Translations under genes and position numbers: made by a program
Shown here: positions 62,510 through 64,000 of the stretch, piece after piece
How positions within the stretch are numbered: position 1 is the stretch's first letter
How the letters are laid out: each line of letters opens with the position of its first letter
Notes under the pieces: generated by a model
What the model saw: only the letters and a program-made list of their open reading frames with translations
Told to the model about the DNA's origin: nothing
The model's database searches: none
Origin: Callorhinchus milii
Lineage: Eukaryota
Assembly: GCF_018977255.1 (NCBI RefSeq)
Contig: NW_024704743.1
Coordinates: 50,718,001-50,782,000 of the forward strand
Length of the DNA stretch: 64,000 nt
Reading direction: 5' to 3'

Positions 62510-62831
62510 ATAATAAAAAAATAATAATCCTTGCATTTGATATAGTGCTTTTTCACGCCTCCTAGACGTCTCAAAGCGCTTCACAGAATTTAATGTAAAG
62601 TGAATTGACCGTATATTTGTGGGCGAAACGCGGTAGCCAATAGTGCACAGCAATGTCCCACAAATAGTTGTGGATTGAAAATGACCAATTTATTATTGTT
62701 TTGTTTTGGAGGGATTATTATTAGGCATGTGGAGTAAGGAAACTTGCCCAAGGTTTCGCCCTGACTGGAATTGAAGCCAGGTGTCAAGCTTGCAAGGTGA
62801 GTGCTCTAACCACAGAGCTACAGGACTCCAC
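62510..62831 (-). mobile_element. tRNA-derived SINE, short form, full length
   Basis: Ends in GCTACAGGACTCCAC; preceded by an old CR1 fragment at 62290-62505. Confidence 0.9.
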
Positions 62832-62864
62832 AGGAGAAACTCAGAATTGTTTTTCACAGAATCT

Positions 62865-63137
62865 TCGCATGAGATGTTAAATCAAGGTCTCATCTGCCTG
62901 TTCAGATGGACGTTAAAGATCTCATAGTGCTACTCAAAAAGAGAAAGGAGTTCCTCCCTGTGTCCCTAGTCCCCCAAATAAAATTGGTCATTCACCTGAC
63001 AGCTGTGTGGGGCATTGCTGTGAGCAAATTAGCACTGCGTAGGCATACAGAATACAGACACCACACTTTAGAGTAAATCCTGTGACGTGCTTTAAGATGT
63101 GAAAAGTGCTATATCAAAGGTAATAATTATTATTAGT
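62865..63137 (+). mobile_element. SacSINE1-like 3' part
   Basis: Body, Deu core and tail; a CR1 tail follows at 63170-63360. Confidence 0.78.
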
Positions 63138-64000
63138 TTTAGTATTAGGTACAATTCCTTCCAGAAATAGCTGTTAAAGCTGAGTCCATGCTGATTTGAA
63201 TTGGATAAATCCTTACTTTCAGATAAAAAATATTAAAAGCTACAGAGAAAGAACAGGGAAATTGAATTAGAGAACTCTATTGGGAGTTTGCAGCAGCACA
63301 GACACAAAGGGCTAAATGCCTTTTTCAGACCTATAAACTTTCTACGATTCTATAATTCTTCTCTGAAGTTCTGCCTCTTACAGACATACAATTCCATTTG
63401 TGCCAACAGTCCTGATAGTGATCTACTTGACCATCCTTTACAAAAGTATTATGTTTTAGAAGAAGTTTTAAATATCTGTTGACTGGCGCCTCTAAGTAAA
63501 GCTACATTTTTTTAAAAAGAAAAAGAATTGATATAAACTATTCAAAAACATTTATAATTGATTTATTATTATTCAAGAAGTTTTTTTAGCTGTTATTTAG
63601 AGTAAGAACGAGTAACACTTAATCTCATGTTTCCCCAGACTGTTAAAATTGGCTCTGTTTGACAGGTGGCTGCTCAGTACGGTTTTGGCTCTTGCTGAAA
63701 GCCATTACATTGGGACTGACTCATTCACTGGCTCTAGGGTCACAGACTTGTACTGTGCCACCTCCTGCTAAATGTCTCCACTGAAGACCGAAGAGGGACA
63801 CGTAACTGACAAAGTAGAGGGAGTAATTATTTTTACAATCAGCTGTTAAATGCCAATAATCAAGCCCCATTATTTTTGTTTGAAATCCAACTGTTGTCAA
63901 AACAAGGAGAAAATGAAACAATGATTTAAGCAATATGGCTTGAAGCAGCTGTTTAGGATTTTCAGGTTTCTCTCAATGGTGCTGATGTTGGAAAACTAAT

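Noticed and set aside
1..64000. CRISPR array, operon or other prokaryotic system
   Set aside because: No regularly spaced repeat-spacer array or gene-dense coding; the content is vertebrate repeat-rich DNA.

Overview
Non-coding vertebrate DNA (large intron or intergenic), roughly half of it recognisable interspersed repeats. The repeat set (SacSINE1-like DeuSINEs, shark-type Penelope terminal repeats, CR1, L2) suggests a cartilaginous fish, possibly a chimaera; this is inference. I found no host-gene exon that I can support, and the long ORFs are L2/CR1 ORF2 fragments or their shadow frames. Contents: many L2 and CR1 fragments, a young tRNA-Ala-derived SINE in long and short forms, older SacSINE1-like and AmnSINE2-like SINEs, a decayed Gypsy-type gag that the ORF track largely misses (11740-12533), two Penelope-type terminal repeats with hammerhead ribozyme cores (31092-31311, 47930-48150) and several unnamed MITE-like families. 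The most interesting structure is a 5'-complete single-ORF L2 (13339-15817, minus). It keeps a CpG-rich, motif-dense leader, an open endonuclease domain and the 3' recognition tail, but has lost the whole RT domain by an in-frame ~1.1 kb deletion, making it a candidate non-autonomous L2 derivative. Its 3' stem-loop is shared, with compensatory changes, by other L2 subfamilies and the SINEs. Family names come from my recall of consensus sequences, not from a database search, and boundaries of old repeats are approximate.
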